From assembly GCA_028868545.1 (NCBI GenBank), contig JAGWUF010000001.1:26204-90203 (forward strand): a stretch of 64,000 nucleotides of DNA. The letters are read 5' to 3'. This DNA is from Lysobacteraceae bacterium. Lineage in GTDB: Bacteria > Pseudomonadota > Gammaproteobacteria > Xanthomonadales > Xanthomonadaceae. The notes under the pieces were generated by a model that did not search any database, had not been told where the DNA came from, and saw nothing but the letters and a program-made list of their open reading frames with translations. This document shows, one piece after another, positions 36,284-47,707 of the stretch (the first letter of the stretch is position 1; every line of letters begins with the position of its first letter). The position numbers were made by a program, and so were the translations under genes.

Positions 36284-38254
36284 TTACAACCGGTCTTCGG
36301 CCACCTTGATCTGGTAGTGCCCGCGTGCCGCCCGCACGAACGCCTCCTGCGCCTGCATCCCCGCGCCCTGCGAGACCTGCTGGCGCAACTGGGTGCGTTC
36401 CTGCGCGGTCACCTGGCCGATGTCGGCATCGCGCACGCCGCGCAGCGCGAACACCATGTAACTGCCATCGAGAAGCACCTTGCCCACCGGTACCTTGTTG
36501 TCGCCGCGCGAACGCGGCAGGCGGAAGAAGGCCTCCACCGCCGCAGCGGAGGGCTGCGGGGCGCGGCGCGCAAGATCATCGACATCCACCACCGGCAAGC
36601 CCGCCTCCTGCGCAGCCACCGCCAGACCCTTGGCCTGTGCGGCCTTCACCAGGGCATCGGCGGCGGCCTCGGCAGCCTTGCGCTGGCGGTCGGCATGCAC
36701 CGCAACCACCACCGCATCGCGCACCTGCGCCAACGGCATGGCGCGCTCGGGCTCATGCGCGATCACCCGAATCAGCACCGTGTGCTCGGGGCTGATCTCG
36801 ATCGGGTCGCTGGCAGTGCCATCCTGCATCAGGTTGTCCGAAAACGCGGCGCGCAACACTTTCTGGTCACCCGCAATGCCCGGGCCACCCGCGCGGGTGA
36901 AGGCCGGCGTGGTCTGCACTTGCAACCCCAGGGCCCTGGCCGCCGGCTCCAGCGAGGTGGGGTTCTTGTACACCGCGTCCACCAGCTTGCCGGTCAGCTC
37001 GTTGAAGGCTTGTTCGCGGCCGGTCTGCTGCAGATCCTTTTCCAGCTCGGCCCGCATCTCTTCGAAGCTGCGCTGTGCACCTTGCTGGATCTGGTTGACC
37101 TTGATCACGTGCCAGCCGAAATCACTCTTGATCGGGCCACGCACTTCACCGGCCTGCATGGCGAAGGCGGCATCATCAAACCCGCCCGGCATGCCGCCCT
37201 TGCTGATCCAGCCCAGATCGCCGCCCTTGGCCTTGGAGCCGGTGTCATCGGAATTGGCGCCGGCCAGCGCGGCGAAATCCGCACCCGGCGCCCGCGCCAG
37301 TTCGGCCAGCTGCCTGGCCTTGGCTTCGGCAGCCTTCTTGTCCGCCGCGCTGGCAGTACCGGCCACCGCGATCAGGATATGCGAGACCTCGCGCTTGTCA
37401 TTGGTGGCCGACTTTGCCAGCTGCTCCTGGTAACGCTTGTGCAGGGCGGCTTCGTCCACCGCCGGGGCAGCCAGTTTGCTGCCGTCCACTTCCACGTATT
37501 CCAGCCGCACGCTTTCCGGTGCACGGAACTGGCTCTGGTGCGCGTTGTACCAGGCATCGACCTGCGCCGGGGTGACCTCGGCGGTGTCGGCCGGCGGCGC
37601 CGGCAAACTCACGTAGCTGACGTCGCGATGCTCGCCCAGCAGGCGCATCAGGCGATCCAGCTCGCCATCGGTGACGAAAGCCGACAACGCGATGCGCGAC
37701 GGAACCAGCTCGTCCATCAGCCCCTCGCGCACCTTCGCTTCGAAGCTGCGCGGCGTCATCGGCGGGTTCTGGGTGGACAACAGCATCTGGTAGCGATCCG
37801 TGTTGAACGCGCCATCGACCTGGAAGTCCGGAATCTTGCCGATCGCATCGGCCACCTGCGCATCGCTGATGACGATGCCGTCACGCTTGACCGCCAGCTG
37901 CATCAGGCGATCATCGATCAGGGTGTCGAGGATCTTGCGCTTGTTGTCCACCGACTCGAACGCCTTGGGGTCGAAATTCTCGCCCTGCTGCGAACGCATG
38001 CGCATGCGTGCCGTCTCCAGCCGCTCCTTGTAGCTCTGGGCGTCGATGTCCTCGATCTTCCACAAGTAGGTGATCGGCCACACCTGCGGCGCCGACTGCC
38101 ACCACGACGGCGGCTCCGCGATGCGGGCGACATAGCTTTCCACCCGTTGCGACATGTACGACTCCATCCCGAAGAAGGCGAATGGAACCGTCACGATCGT
38201 GAGGATGGTGCCGGCAATCCAGCCGGTGGTCTTGTCGCGGAGTTTCTGCAGCAT
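36284..38254 (-). CDS. ppiD: Periplasmic peptidyl-prolyl isomerase/chaperone PpiD
   Basis: N-terminal anchor [10 protein letters not shown]; SurA-like domain; parvulin motifs SHILI, GGDLGW and [10 protein letters not shown]. Confidence 0.93.
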   Translation of the reverse strand: MLQKLRDKTTGWIAGTILTIVTVPFAFFGMESYMSQRVESYVARIAEPPSWWQSAPQVWPITYLWKIEDIDAQSYKERLETARMRMRSQQGENFDPKAFESVDNKRKILDTLIDDRLMQLAVKRDGIVISDAQVADAIGKIPDFQVDGAFNTDRYQMLLSTQNPPMTPRSFEAKVREGLMDELVPSRIALSAFVTDGELDRLMRLLGEHRDVSYVSLPAPPADTAEVTPAQVDAWYNAHQSQFRAPESVRLEYVEVDGSKLAAPAVDEAALHKRYQEQLAKSATNDKREVSHILIAVAGTASAADKKAAEAKARQLAELARAPGADFAALAGANSDDTGSKAKGGDLGWISKGGMPGGFDDAAFAMQAGEVRGPIKSDFGWHVIKVNQIQQGAQRSFEEMRAELEKDLQQTGREQAFNELTGKLVDAVYKNPTSLEPAARALGLQVQTTPAFTRAGGPGIAGDQKVLRAAFSDNLMQDGTASDPIEISPEHTVLIRVIAHEPERAMPLAQVRDAVVVAVHADRQRKAAEAAADALVKAAQAKGLAVAAQEAGLPVVDVDDLARRAPQPSAAAVEAFFRLPRSRGDNKVPVGKVLLDGSYMVFALRGVRDADIGQVTAQERTQLRQQVSQGAGMQAQEAFVRAARGHYQIKVAEDRL

Positions 38255-38344
38255 GGGCAAACCGGCAATGAGGCGTAGCCGCTTAGTCTACCGCGGGACA
38301 ACGCCAGCCGGCACAACCCGCGGCATTTGGATGCCGCGCACAGC

Positions 38345-38373
38345 AAAAAGCCCCGCATCGCTGCGAGGCTTCT
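38345..38373 (-). terminator. Intrinsic terminator after tRNA-Asp
   Basis: Minus strand reads AGAAGCCTCGCAGCGATGCGGGGCTTTTT. Confidence 0.75.
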
Positions 38374-38382
38374 GCTTCAAAC

Positions 38383-38459
38383 TGGCGGAGTGGACGGGAC
38401 TCGAACCCGCGACCTCCGGCGTGACAGGCCAGCATTCTAACCGACTGAACTACCACTCC
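38383..38459 (-). tRNA. tRNA-Asp (GTC)
   Basis: Minus strand reads GGAGTGGTAGTTCAGTCGGTTAGAATGCTGGCCTGTCACGCCGGAGGTCGCGGGTTCGAGTCCCGTCCACTCCGCCA. Confidence 0.97.
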
Positions 38460-38473
38460 GCTGTGAGCCCGCA

Positions 38474-38502
38474 ATCATACGCAGGCTTTTCGACGCGTGC
38501 AA
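38474..38502 (-). promoter_or_regulatory. Sigma70 promoter for tRNA-Asp
   Basis: On the minus strand: TTGCAC, 17 nt, TATGAT. Confidence 0.75.
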
Positions 38503-38624
38503 GGTTTTTCCGCAGGAAATTTTCACGCCCGGCCCCGAACCGGATCACGGCAACTGCCGGCCCGGATGGCTGCAGTCCTTTGCCGCTAGAATTGCGCCCA
38601 CGAAATTTCACATCGGGAATGCCC

Positions 38625-39347
38625 ATGTCCTCACTTGCCTATCGTCGCGTCCTGCTGAAGTTGTCCGGCGAGGCGTTGATGGGGGAGGAGGATTACGGCA
38701 TCGACCCCAATGTGCTGGTGCGTCTGGCGCGCGAGGTGATCGAGGCCAGCGAGGCCGGCGCCCAGATCGCGCTGGTGATCGGCGGCGGCAACATCTTCCG
38801 CGGCGCCGGGCTGGCCGCCGGCGGCATGGACCGCGTCACCGGCGACCACATGGGCATGCTGGCCACCGTCATCAATGCGCTGGCGATGCAGGACGCGCTG
38901 GAAAAACTGGGCGGCAAGGCGCGGGTGATGAGCGCGCTGAAGATCAACGATGTCTGCGAGGACTACATTCGTCGCCGGGCCATCCGCCACCTGGAGAAGG
39001 GCCGGCTGGTGATCTTCGCGGCCGGCACCGGCAACCCGTTCTTCACCACCGATTCGGGTGCTGCCTTGCGCGCCATCGAGATCGGCGCCGACATCCTGCT
39101 CAAGGCCACCAAGGTGGACGGGGTCTATGACAAGGATCCGAAGAAACACGCCGATGCCGTCAAGCTGGACAACCTGAGCTACGACGAGGTCATCGCCCGC
39201 AATCTGCAGGTGATGGATACCGCCGCCTTCGCGCTGTGCCGCGACGCCGGCCTGCCGCTGCGGATTTTCGACATGGCCGAACCGGGCGTGCTGCTGCGGA
39301 TCCTGCACGGCGAACGCGTCGGCACGCTGGTGCAGGGCCGCAGCTGA
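38625..39347 (+). CDS. pyrH: UMP kinase
   Basis: [26 protein letters not shown] and [10 protein letters not shown] motifs. Confidence 0.97.
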   Translation: MSSLAYRRVLLKLSGEALMGEEDYGIDPNVLVRLAREVIEASEAGAQIALVIGGGNIFRGAGLAAGGMDRVTGDHMGMLATVINALAMQDALEKLGGKARVMSALKINDVCEDYIRRRAIRHLEKGRLVIFAAGTGNPFFTTDSGAALRAIEIGADILLKATKVDGVYDKDPKKHADAVKLDNLSYDEVIARNLQVMDTAAFALCRDAGLPLRIFDMAEPGVLLRILHGERVGTLVQGRS

Positions 39348-39413
39348 GCCGCGCCGGGCACCTGCATTGCCGCTTATAATCGGCGGTTTGCAGACCTTGC
39401 CCGGAGCCCCGCC

Positions 39414-39971
39414 ATGCTGAACGAAATCAAGAAAGACGCCCAGGCCCGCATGGCCAAGAGCATCGAGGCGTTGCGCCATGCCCTGGTCAAGGTGCGCACC
39501 GGCCGCGCCAACACCGGCCTGGTGGACAGCATCAAGGTGAACTATTACGGCTCGGACATGCCGCTGTCGCAGGTGGCCAGCGTGTCGGTGGGCGATGCCC
39601 GCTCCATCATCATCACGCCGTGGGAAAAGCAGATGGTGGGTGCAGTGGAAAAAGCCATTCTCGCCTCCGACCTGGGCCTGACCCCGAACACTGCGGGCAC
39701 CACCATCCGCCTCAACATCCCGGCATTGACCGAAGAGCGCCGCAAGGATCTGACCAAGGTCGTGCATGGTGAAGGCGAAGACGCCAAGGTGGCGGTGCGC
39801 AACATCCGCCGCGACGCCAACCACCAGGTCAAGGAGCTGCTGAAGGACAAGCAGATCACCGAGGACGAAAGCACCCGCACCGAGGCCGAGATCCAGAAAA
39901 TCACCGATGCGGCGATCAAGGACGTGGACGATGTCATCAAAACGAAAGAGCAGGAATTGATGTCGGTCTGA
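39414..39971 (+). CDS. frr: Ribosome recycling factor
   Basis: [22 protein letters not shown] and VRNIRRDAN motifs. Confidence 0.97.
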   Translation: MLNEIKKDAQARMAKSIEALRHALVKVRTGRANTGLVDSIKVNYYGSDMPLSQVASVSVGDARSIIITPWEKQMVGAVEKAILASDLGLTPNTAGTTIRLNIPALTEERRKDLTKVVHGEGEDAKVAVRNIRRDANHQVKELLKDKQITEDESTRTEAEIQKITDAAIKDVDDVIKTKEQELMSV

Positions 39972-39988
39972 GGCCTGCGAGCCTGCCC

Positions 39989-40741
39989 GTGCCGACCCAC
40001 GCCACACCCGTGCCGCGCCACCTTGCCATCATCATGGATGGCAATGGCCGCTGGGCCCAGAAGCGGCATCGTCCCCGCATCATCGGCCATCGCGCCGGTG
40101 CGCAGGCGGTCAAGCGTTGCGTGGAATTCTGCCTGCAGCAGGGCATCGAGGCACTGACCCTGTTCGCCTTTTCCAGCGAAAACTGGAACCGCCCGGCCGA
40201 GGAAGTGGGCGGGCTGATGAAGCTGTTCCTCGGCGCGCTGGAACGCGAGGTGGACGAGTTGCACCGGCTGGGGGCGCGGCTGCGCTTCATCGGTGAACGC
40301 AGCCGCTTCGACCCGGCGATCCTGGCCCGCATGGATGCCGCCGAACGCCTCACTGCCGCCAATGTCCGCCTGCACCTGAACATCGCCGCCAGCTACGGTG
40401 GTCGTCAGGACATTGCGGCGGCGGCGCGTTCGCTGGCCGAAGACGTGGCCGCCGGCCGCCTGCTGCCGGCACAGGTCGACGAAGCCGCCCTCGGCGCTCG
40501 CATTGCCCTGGCCGACCTGCCCGCACCCGATCTGTTCATCCGTACCGGTGGCGAACTGCGCATCAGCAATTTCCTGCTGTGGCAGCTGGCCTATGCCGAG
40601 CTGTGGTTCACCGATACCCTGTGGCCCGATGTGGATGGCGCGCTGCTGCAACACGCGCTGGATGATTACGCTGGCCGCGAACGCCGCTTCGGCCTGACCA
40701 GTGCCCAGGTTCGCCCCGCCCAACCCGGATCTCCTGCATGA
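39989..40741 (+). CDS. uppS: Undecaprenyl diphosphate synthase
   Basis: HLAIIMDGNGRWA, FAFSSENW.R, SYGGR, DLFIRTGGE.RISNFLLWQ and RERRFG motifs. Confidence 0.96.
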   Translation: MPTHATPVPRHLAIIMDGNGRWAQKRHRPRIIGHRAGAQAVKRCVEFCLQQGIEALTLFAFSSENWNRPAEEVGGLMKLFLGALEREVDELHRLGARLRFIGERSRFDPAILARMDAAERLTAANVRLHLNIAASYGGRQDIAAAARSLAEDVAAGRLLPAQVDEAALGARIALADLPAPDLFIRTGGELRISNFLLWQLAYAELWFTDTLWPDVDGALLQHALDDYAGRERRFGLTSAQVRPAQPGSPA

Positions 40742-41589
40742 CCAAGATTCGCGTACTGACCGCCTTGGTCATGGCTCCGGCCGTCATCGCCGCAGTCTTG
40801 TTGCTGCCCACCGGCTGGCTGATGCTGCTCAGTGCGGTTGTGTTCCTGTTGGCGCTGTGGGAATGGCTGCGGCTGGCCGATCTGGAAGACACGCTTGCCC
40901 GCAGCATCCTGCTGGCTGCCAACCTGGGCCTGATGGTGGCCCTGGTCTGGGGCTCGAAATCCAATGTGGTGCGCTCTCTGCCTCTGTTTCAGCTGGCCGT
41001 CGTCATCGGTGCCGCATGGTGGTGCTGCGCGTTGCTGTGGCTGCGGCATTTCGATTTTGCCTCCGGCTCGCAAACAGGCGCACGCCTGATCAAGCTGGGC
41101 GCGGCCACCCTGGCGGTGGTGCCCGCATGGTGTGCTCTGGCCGTGATCCATGCCGGGAAGCCGCATGGGCCGCAGTGGTTGCTGCTGGTGCTGCTGTTGA
41201 TCTGGGCCGCCGACAGTGGTGCCTATTTCACCGGCCGGAAATTCGGCGGACGGTGGTTCAATGGCCGGAAACTGGCCCCGCGCATCAGCCCCAACAAGAC
41301 CCTGGAGGGCATGCTGGGCGGAATCGCACTGGCCATGGTGGTGGCCGTCGGCGGTGCCCTGCTGCTGCAGGCACCCCTGGGCAAGCTCCCCGGCATCCTG
41401 CTGGTCGCGGCGGTCACCGTGCTGTTCTCGGTGGCCGGTGATCTGTTCGAAAGCCTGCTCAAGCGGCACGCCGACGTGAAGGATTCGGGCACCTTGATCC
41501 CCGGTCACGGCGGCGTGCTGGATCGGGTGGACAGCCTGCTGGCCGCCCTGCCGATTTTCGCGCTGGGCAAGGTCTGGATGGGCTTCTGA
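40738..41589 (+). CDS. cdsA: Phosphatidate cytidylyltransferase
   Basis: [43 protein letters not shown] motifs. Confidence 0.96.
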   Translation: MTKIRVLTALVMAPAVIAAVLLLPTGWLMLLSAVVFLLALWEWLRLADLEDTLARSILLAANLGLMVALVWGSKSNVVRSLPLFQLAVVIGAAWWCCALLWLRHFDFASGSQTGARLIKLGAATLAVVPAWCALAVIHAGKPHGPQWLLLVLLLIWAADSGAYFTGRKFGGRWFNGRKLAPRISPNKTLEGMLGGIALAMVVAVGGALLLQAPLGKLPGILLVAAVTVLFSVAGDLFESLLKRHADVKDSGTLIPGHGGVLDRVDSLLAALPIFALGKVWMGF

Positions 41590-41591
41590 CG

Positions 41592-42755
41592 ATGCAACGG
41601 GTTGCTGTCCTGGGCGCCACGGGTTCGATCGGCACATCGGCGCTGGATGTCATCGCACGCCACCCGGACAGCCTGCGTGCCAGCGTGCTGGCCGCCGGCA
41701 ACAAGGTCGATGCCCTGCTGGCCCTGTGCCGGTTGCATCACCCGGAGCACGCGGTGATTGCCGACACTGCAGGTTACGCCGCACTGCGCGACGGCCTGCG
41801 CGCGGCCGGCCTGCAGACCCAGGCCCATGCCGGCAGCGCGGCGCTCGATGCGCTGGTGGCCGCGGATGCCTGTGACACCGTGGTCGCGGCGATCGTGGGG
41901 GCCGCCGGCCTGCCTTCCACGCTGGCGGCGGCACGGGCCGGCAAACGCCTGCTGCTGGCCAACAAGGAATCGCTGGTGCTGGCAGGCGAACTGCTGATCG
42001 AAGCCGCACGCACCGGCGGTGCCCGCATCATCCCGATCGACAGCGAACACAACGCCATCTTCCAGTGCCTGGCCGACGGCAACCCGGCCGCACGCATCAC
42101 CCTCACCGCCTCCGGCGGGCCGTTCCGCGGCTGGACGCGGGCGCAACTGGCCAACGTGACTCCGGCACAGGCCGTGGCGCACCCGAAATGGTCGATGGGG
42201 CCGAAGATCTCGGTGGACTCGGCCAGTCTGATGAACAAGGGACTGGAGGTCATCGAAGCCCACCACCTGTTCGGCCTGCCCGGTGCGCAGATCCGGGTGC
42301 TGGTGCACCCGCAATCGCTGGTGCATTCACTGGTGGACTTCGTCGATGGCAGCACGCTGGCGCAGCTGGGCCTGCCGGACATGCGCACTGCGCTTGCCGT
42401 GGGCCTGGGCTGGCCGCAGCGCATCGCCTCGGGCGTGGCCGCGCTGGATCTGCTGGCACAGGGTGGCAAGCTGGAATTCGAAGCGCCGGATCTTGCCGCC
42501 TTCCCCTGCCTGACGCTGGCGTTTGCCGCGATGGCCGCCGGCGGCACCGCCCCGGCCGTGCTCAATGCGGCCAATGAGGAAGCCGTTTCAGCCTTTCTTC
42601 AGGGCCGAATTGGTTTTCTGGACATTCCCGATGCCGTTGCCGCCGTTCTGGATGCCATGCCGCCCGCGCCCGCCGACACCCTCGATACCCTGCTGGACGC
42701 CGACGCACGGGCACGCGCACTGACGCAGGCGCGCATCGCGCAGGTCGCGTCATGA
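41592..42755 (+). CDS. dxr: 1-deoxy-D-xylulose 5-phosphate reductoisomerase
   Basis: [44 protein letters not shown] motifs. Confidence 0.97.
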   Translation: MQRVAVLGATGSIGTSALDVIARHPDSLRASVLAAGNKVDALLALCRLHHPEHAVIADTAGYAALRDGLRAAGLQTQAHAGSAALDALVAADACDTVVAAIVGAAGLPSTLAAARAGKRLLLANKESLVLAGELLIEAARTGGARIIPIDSEHNAIFQCLADGNPAARITLTASGGPFRGWTRAQLANVTPAQAVAHPKWSMGPKISVDSASLMNKGLEVIEAHHLFGLPGAQIRVLVHPQSLVHSLVDFVDGSTLAQLGLPDMRTALAVGLGWPQRIASGVAALDLLAQGGKLEFEAPDLAAFPCLTLAFAAMAAGGTAPAVLNAANEEAVSAFLQGRIGFLDIPDAVAAVLDAMPPAPADTLDTLLDADARARALTQARIAQVAS

Positions 42756-44110
42756 GCGGCTTTTTCGGGTCGGTCTGGTGGCTGCTGGTGGCACTGGGGG
42801 TGCTGGTCACCTTCCACGAGTTTGGCCATTTCTGGGTCGCGCGACGCTGCGGGGTGAAGGTGCTGCGCTTCTCGGTGGGCTTCGGCAACCCGCTGTGGAC
42901 GCACATCGGCAAGGACGGCACCGAGTACGTGCTCGCCGCCATTCCGCTGGGCGGCTATGTGCGGATGCTGGACGAGCGCGAGGGCGACGTTCCGGCCCAG
43001 CAGCGCCACCTGGCCTTCAACAACAAACCGGTGCTGCAACGCATCGCGATCGTGGCCGCCGGGCCGTTCGCGAACCTGCTGCTGGCGTTTCTGCTGCTGT
43101 GGGGGATGCTGGTGATCGGTCGTCCCGACTATGCGCCGGTGGTCGGCCAGGCCACCGCCCTTGCCGCGCAAGCCGGCTTGCAGCCGGGCGATCGCGTGCT
43201 GTCGGTGGGCGATCGCGCCACGCCGACCTGGAGCGAACTGGTGATGGCGCTGAACGTGGATGCGCTGGATCGCAAGCCGGTTCTCCTCCAGCTGCAGCGC
43301 AAGGATGGCAGCACCGCCGAGCGCACCCTGCCGCTGCAGGTCTTGCCGACCACGGTGGATGAATTGCACGCACTGGCCGCGATCGGGCTGGTGCCCCGGC
43401 ACCTGCTGCTGCCGGCCCTGGTGGGCAGCGTGCGCGAGAACAGCCCGGCCTGGGGCGTGCTGGCCGAGGGTGACCGCATCACCGCGATCGATGCGCACAC
43501 CGTTTCCAGTTTCGAGGACATCGCCCCGCTGGTGGCCAGGCTGGGTGCGCGCGGCGGGCCGGGCATGGTGGAAGTGGAGCGCGATGGCGAGCGGCTGGCG
43601 CTGGAATTGACACCCACCCGGCTCGCCGGCAAGGACGGCCAGTCGCACTTCATCCTGGGCATCACCAATGCCACGCCGGTGGAACCCCCGCACGACGCAT
43701 TGCTGCGCTTGGGGCCGCTGGCCGCCGTCCCCGCGGCCATCCGCGAAACCGGCTACCAGGCCCGCCAGATCGTGGACATGGTGGCGCGTGCGGTTGCCGG
43801 CAAGGTGTCGGTGCAGAACACCGTTTCCGGCCCGATCACCATTGCCCGTGCCGCAAACGACTTCGCGCAGCGCGGGCCGGCCTGGTTCCTGAACTTCCTG
43901 GCCCTGCTGTCGGTCAGTCTGGCCTTGATCAACCTGTTGCCCATCCCTGTCTTGGACGGGGGTCACTTGCTGTATTACCTTATCGAGCTGATCATCCGCC
44001 GCCCCGTGGGCGAGCGGGTCATGGTCGTGGGCCAGTACCTCGGTCTTGCAATGATTGCCGGATTGATGGGATTGGCCTTCTACAACGACATCCTGCACCT
44101 GATGTCGTAA
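42752..44110 (+). CDS. rseP: Intramembrane metalloprotease RseP
   Basis: HEFGH zinc motif, [11 protein letters not shown] domains, [12 protein letters not shown]. Confidence 0.96.
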   Translation: MSGFFGSVWWLLVALGVLVTFHEFGHFWVARRCGVKVLRFSVGFGNPLWTHIGKDGTEYVLAAIPLGGYVRMLDEREGDVPAQQRHLAFNNKPVLQRIAIVAAGPFANLLLAFLLLWGMLVIGRPDYAPVVGQATALAAQAGLQPGDRVLSVGDRATPTWSELVMALNVDALDRKPVLLQLQRKDGSTAERTLPLQVLPTTVDELHALAAIGLVPRHLLLPALVGSVRENSPAWGVLAEGDRITAIDAHTVSSFEDIAPLVARLGARGGPGMVEVERDGERLALELTPTRLAGKDGQSHFILGITNATPVEPPHDALLRLGPLAAVPAAIRETGYQARQIVDMVARAVAGKVSVQNTVSGPITIARAANDFAQRGPAWFLNFLALLSVSLALINLLPIPVLDGGHLLYYLIELIIRRPVGERVMVVGQYLGLAMIAGLMGLAFYNDILHLMS

Positions 44111-44200
44111 ACCGCTTTCTCCCCCCCGCTGCGCAAGCAGCAACCGGGTGCCCCGTGCGGGGCGTCCACCACTGGCAGCACCCACCTCAGGATGTTCCGA

Positions 44201-46672
44201 ATGACCCGACCCTTGTCCCGCCGCCTGCTCTCCCTTGCCCTGGCCTCGGCATTGTCCCTGCCAGTCTGGGCGCAGGCGACGTTCACCCCGTTCACGGTCA
44301 GCGACATCCGCATCGATGGCCTGCAGCGCATCGGCGCCGGCACCGTGTTCACCTATCTGCCGGTGGAACGTGGCGATACGCTCGACCAGGGCAAGGCCGC
44401 CGAAGCGGTGCGTGCGCTGTACAAGACCGGGTTCTTCGAGGATGTGCGCATCGACCACCAGGGCAGCATCCTGGTGATCAGCGTGACCGAACGCCCGGCC
44501 ATCAACAAGCTCACCCTGTCCGGCAACAAGGATCTGAAGACCGAGGATCTGACCAAGGGCCTGAAGGACATCGGCCTGGCCGAAGGCGAAACCTACAACC
44601 CGCTGAACCTGGACCGGGTCACGCAGGAATTGACGCGCCAGTACAACAACCGCGGCAAGTACAACGTGCAGATCACCCCCAGCGCCGAGAAGCTGGATCG
44701 CAACCGCGTCAACCTGACCATCACCATCAAGGAAGGCAAGGCCGCCAAGATCCGCCACATCAATCTGATCGGCAACGAGACCTTCACCGACAAGGACATC
44801 ACCAAGGACTGGGAATCCCATACCAGCAACTGGATGTCCTGGTACAAGCGCGATGACCAGTATTCGCGCGAAAAGCTGTCCGGCGACATCGAAAAGCTCA
44901 ATGCCTGGTATCTGAACCGCGGCTACGTGGATTACAGCCTGGATTCCACCCAGGTGGCGATCGGCGGCGACCGCAAGGACATGTTCATCACCGCCGGCAT
45001 GACCGAGGGGCAGGTGTACAACTTCGCCGACGTCACCGTCTCCGGCGAGACCGTGCTGCCGAAGTCGGAAATCGAGGCCATCGTGTCCTTCATCCGGCCG
45101 GGCAACACCTTCTCGCGCGCCGCACTGGAAATGGCATCCAATGCCATCAGCCTGCGCCTGGCCAACATCGGCTATGCCTTTGCCAAGGTCAACCCGGTGC
45201 CCAACATCGACCGCGACCAGCGCACGGTGGCGATCGACTTCCAGGTGCAGCCCGGACCGCGGGTGAACGTGCGCCGGATCGTGTTCAAGGGCAACTCCCG
45301 CACCGCCGACCCGGTGTTGCGTCGTGAAATGCGCCAGTTCGAAGGCGCGTGGTATTCACAGGCCGCGATCGACCGCGGCAAGGTGCGTCTGGATCGTCTG
45401 GGCTACTTCGAAACCGTGGATGTGGACACCCAGCCGGTGGCCGGCTCCGACGACCAGGTCGACGTGACCTACACGGTCAAGGAAACCACCTCCGGCAGCA
45501 TTTCCGCCGGCGTGGGCTACTCGCAGCTGTCCGGCCTGAATCTGTCCTTGCAGCTGTCGGAAAACAACTTCCTCGGCACCGGCAATCGTGTCTCCATGGC
45601 ACTGACCAAGAGCGCCTACCAGAAGCGCTACGACTTCACCTACATCAATCCGTATTTCACCGATGACGGCTTGTCGCTGGGCTACAACCTGTGGTGGCGC
45701 ACATTCGATTATTCCAACTTCAATGTCGCCCAGTACTCCACCAACAGCGGCGCGTTCCAGGTCTTCATGGGGCTGCCGCTCAGCGAGAGCGACTCGGTGC
45801 AGCTGATGTTCGGCATCGACTCCAACCAGATCCTGGCCTTCGAAGGCAGCACGCCACCGCCGATGGTGGATTACGTGAAGGCGGTGGGCAAAAGCACCTT
45901 CCACAGCTGGCGCACCCAGCTGAGCTGGGGCCGCGACACCCGCAACAACTATTTCACGCCGGTGATCGGCGGCACCCAGAACCTGTCCGCCGAAATCACG
46001 CTGCCGGGCTCGACCGTCGAATATTTCAAGCTGCAATACGACATCGCCAAATACTGGCCGCTCAGCCAGTCTCTGGTGCTGAAGACCGGCCTGAACCTCG
46101 GGTACGGCGGCTCCTACGGCAAGGATTACACCCGCAACCTGTGCTTCACCGCACCGTTGCCGCCGGTGCCGCCCACCACTGACAACCCCAACCCGACCCA
46201 GCCGCCGGCACCGCCACCGCCCACCGTGCCCTGCCTGCCCACCTCGCCGGATTACAAGAAGACCGTCACCGCCACCGGCCTGCCGTTCTTCGAGAACTTC
46301 TACGCCGGCGGCATCGCTTCCAGCGGCAAGGTGCGCGGCTTCATGGACAACACCCTCGGCCCGGCCTACACCTCGACCTATGGCTACAAGCAGCCACTGG
46401 GTGGCTCGGTGCTGGTGGCCGGTTCGGTGGAGGCCATCTTCCCGAAGCTGTTCGACAGCCCGGCCGCACGGGTGTCGGCGTTCCTCGATTTCGGCAACGT
46501 CTACGACGGCTGGAAACACTTCAGCAGCAGCGAACTGCGCGCTTCCACCGGCGTGGCCCTGCTGTGGCGTTCGCCGATGGGCCCGCTGTCGATCAGCTAT
46601 GCGATCCCGTTGCGCAAGAAGCCCGGCGACCAGATCGAACGCCTGCAGTTCAACTTCGGTACCCAGCTGTAA
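44201..46672 (+). CDS. bamA: Outer membrane protein assembly factor BamA
   Basis: Signal peptide; POTRA repeats (IRIDGLQRI, V.ERP.I); PFFENFYAGG...VRGF; C-terminal QFNFGTQL. Start could be 44192. Confidence 0.97.
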   Translation: MTRPLSRRLLSLALASALSLPVWAQATFTPFTVSDIRIDGLQRIGAGTVFTYLPVERGDTLDQGKAAEAVRALYKTGFFEDVRIDHQGSILVISVTERPAINKLTLSGNKDLKTEDLTKGLKDIGLAEGETYNPLNLDRVTQELTRQYNNRGKYNVQITPSAEKLDRNRVNLTITIKEGKAAKIRHINLIGNETFTDKDITKDWESHTSNWMSWYKRDDQYSREKLSGDIEKLNAWYLNRGYVDYSLDSTQVAIGGDRKDMFITAGMTEGQVYNFADVTVSGETVLPKSEIEAIVSFIRPGNTFSRAALEMASNAISLRLANIGYAFAKVNPVPNIDRDQRTVAIDFQVQPGPRVNVRRIVFKGNSRTADPVLRREMRQFEGAWYSQAAIDRGKVRLDRLGYFETVDVDTQPVAGSDDQVDVTYTVKETTSGSISAGVGYSQLSGLNLSLQLSENNFLGTGNRVSMALTKSAYQKRYDFTYINPYFTDDGLSLGYNLWWRTFDYSNFNVAQYSTNSGAFQVFMGLPLSESDSVQLMFGIDSNQILAFEGSTPPPMVDYVKAVGKSTFHSWRTQLSWGRDTRNNYFTPVIGGTQNLSAEITLPGSTVEYFKLQYDIAKYWPLSQSLVLKTGLNLGYGGSYGKDYTRNLCFTAPLPPVPPTTDNPNPTQPPAPPPPTVPCLPTSPDYKKTVTATGLPFFENFYAGGIASSGKVRGFMDNTLGPAYTSTYGYKQPLGGSVLVAGSVEAIFPKLFDSPAARVSAFLDFGNVYDGWKHFSSSELRASTGVALLWRSPMGPLSISYAIPLRKKPGDQIERLQFNFGTQL

Positions 46673-46687
46673 GCAGTGCGTACCGGC

Positions 46688-47707
46688 ATGATGGCCACGA
46701 TGCTCCCGGCTTCCGCGCTGGCTGACCGATTCGGGCTGGTGCTGCGCGGCGAAGATCGCCAGGTACATGGTGTCGGCACTCTGGCCGATGCCACGCCGGA
46801 ACAGGTGAGCTTCCTTGCCAACCCGCGTTATCGCGCGCAACTTGCGCAGACGCGGGCCGGCGTGGTGGTGCTGCGCGCGGCCGATGCGGCCGGCTTCGAT
46901 GGCACCGCACTGATCGCAGCTGACCCCTACGTCGCCTACGCGAAAATCGCCGCGCTGTTCGAACCCAAACCTGTCCGCACGCCCGGCATCCATTCCAGTG
47001 CATGGGTGGATCCGTCGGCCCGCGTCGATCCGGACGCGCATGTCGGCCCGCACGCCAGCATCGGCGCACGCAGCCGCATCGGCGCGCATGCCGTGATCGG
47101 CCCCGGTTGCGTGATCGGCGAGGATTGCAGCGTCGGCGAAGGCTGCGAGCTGGTGGCGCGGGTCACGCTGGTCACCCGCGTGCGGCTGGGCCAGCGCGTG
47201 CTGGTGCATCCCGGCGCGGTGCTGGGGGCCGACGGTTTCGGCATCGCGATGGATGCCGGCCACTGGATCAAGGTGCCGCAACTGGGCGGCGTGACGGTGG
47301 GCGACGATTGCGAGATCGGCGCCAACACCACCATCGATCGCGGCGCACTGGAAGACACCGTGCTGGAAGCCGACGTGCGCCTGGACAACCAGATCCAGAT
47401 CGGCCACAACGTGCATATCGGCGCGCACACCGCCATGGCCGGCTGCTCGGCGGTGGCCGGCAGCGCGAAGATCGGCCGCCACTGCCTGATCGGCGGCGGT
47501 GCCGGCGTGCTCGGCCACCTGGAGGTTTGCGACCGCGTGGTCATCACCGCGATGTCGCTGGTCACCCATGCCATTCGCGAGCCCGGCGAGTATTCTTCCG
47601 GCACGCCGTTGATGGACAACCGCAGCTGGCGCAAGAGCGCCGCCCGCTTCAAGCAACTCGACCGCATTGCCCGGCAAGGCGCAGGCGGCGACAAGGACAA
47701 CGCATGA
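46688..47707 (+). CDS. lpxD: UDP-3-O-acylglucosamine N-acyltransferase
   Basis: Hexapeptide repeats; GADGFG; EIGANTTIDRGAL.DT; DNQIQIGHNV. Confidence 0.96.
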   Translation: MMATMLPASALADRFGLVLRGEDRQVHGVGTLADATPEQVSFLANPRYRAQLAQTRAGVVVLRAADAAGFDGTALIAADPYVAYAKIAALFEPKPVRTPGIHSSAWVDPSARVDPDAHVGPHASIGARSRIGAHAVIGPGCVIGEDCSVGEGCELVARVTLVTRVRLGQRVLVHPGAVLGADGFGIAMDAGHWIKVPQLGGVTVGDDCEIGANTTIDRGALEDTVLEADVRLDNQIQIGHNVHIGAHTAMAGCSAVAGSAKIGRHCLIGGGAGVLGHLEVCDRVVITAMSLVTHAIREPGEYSSGTPLMDNRSWRKSAARFKQLDRIARQGAGGDKDNA

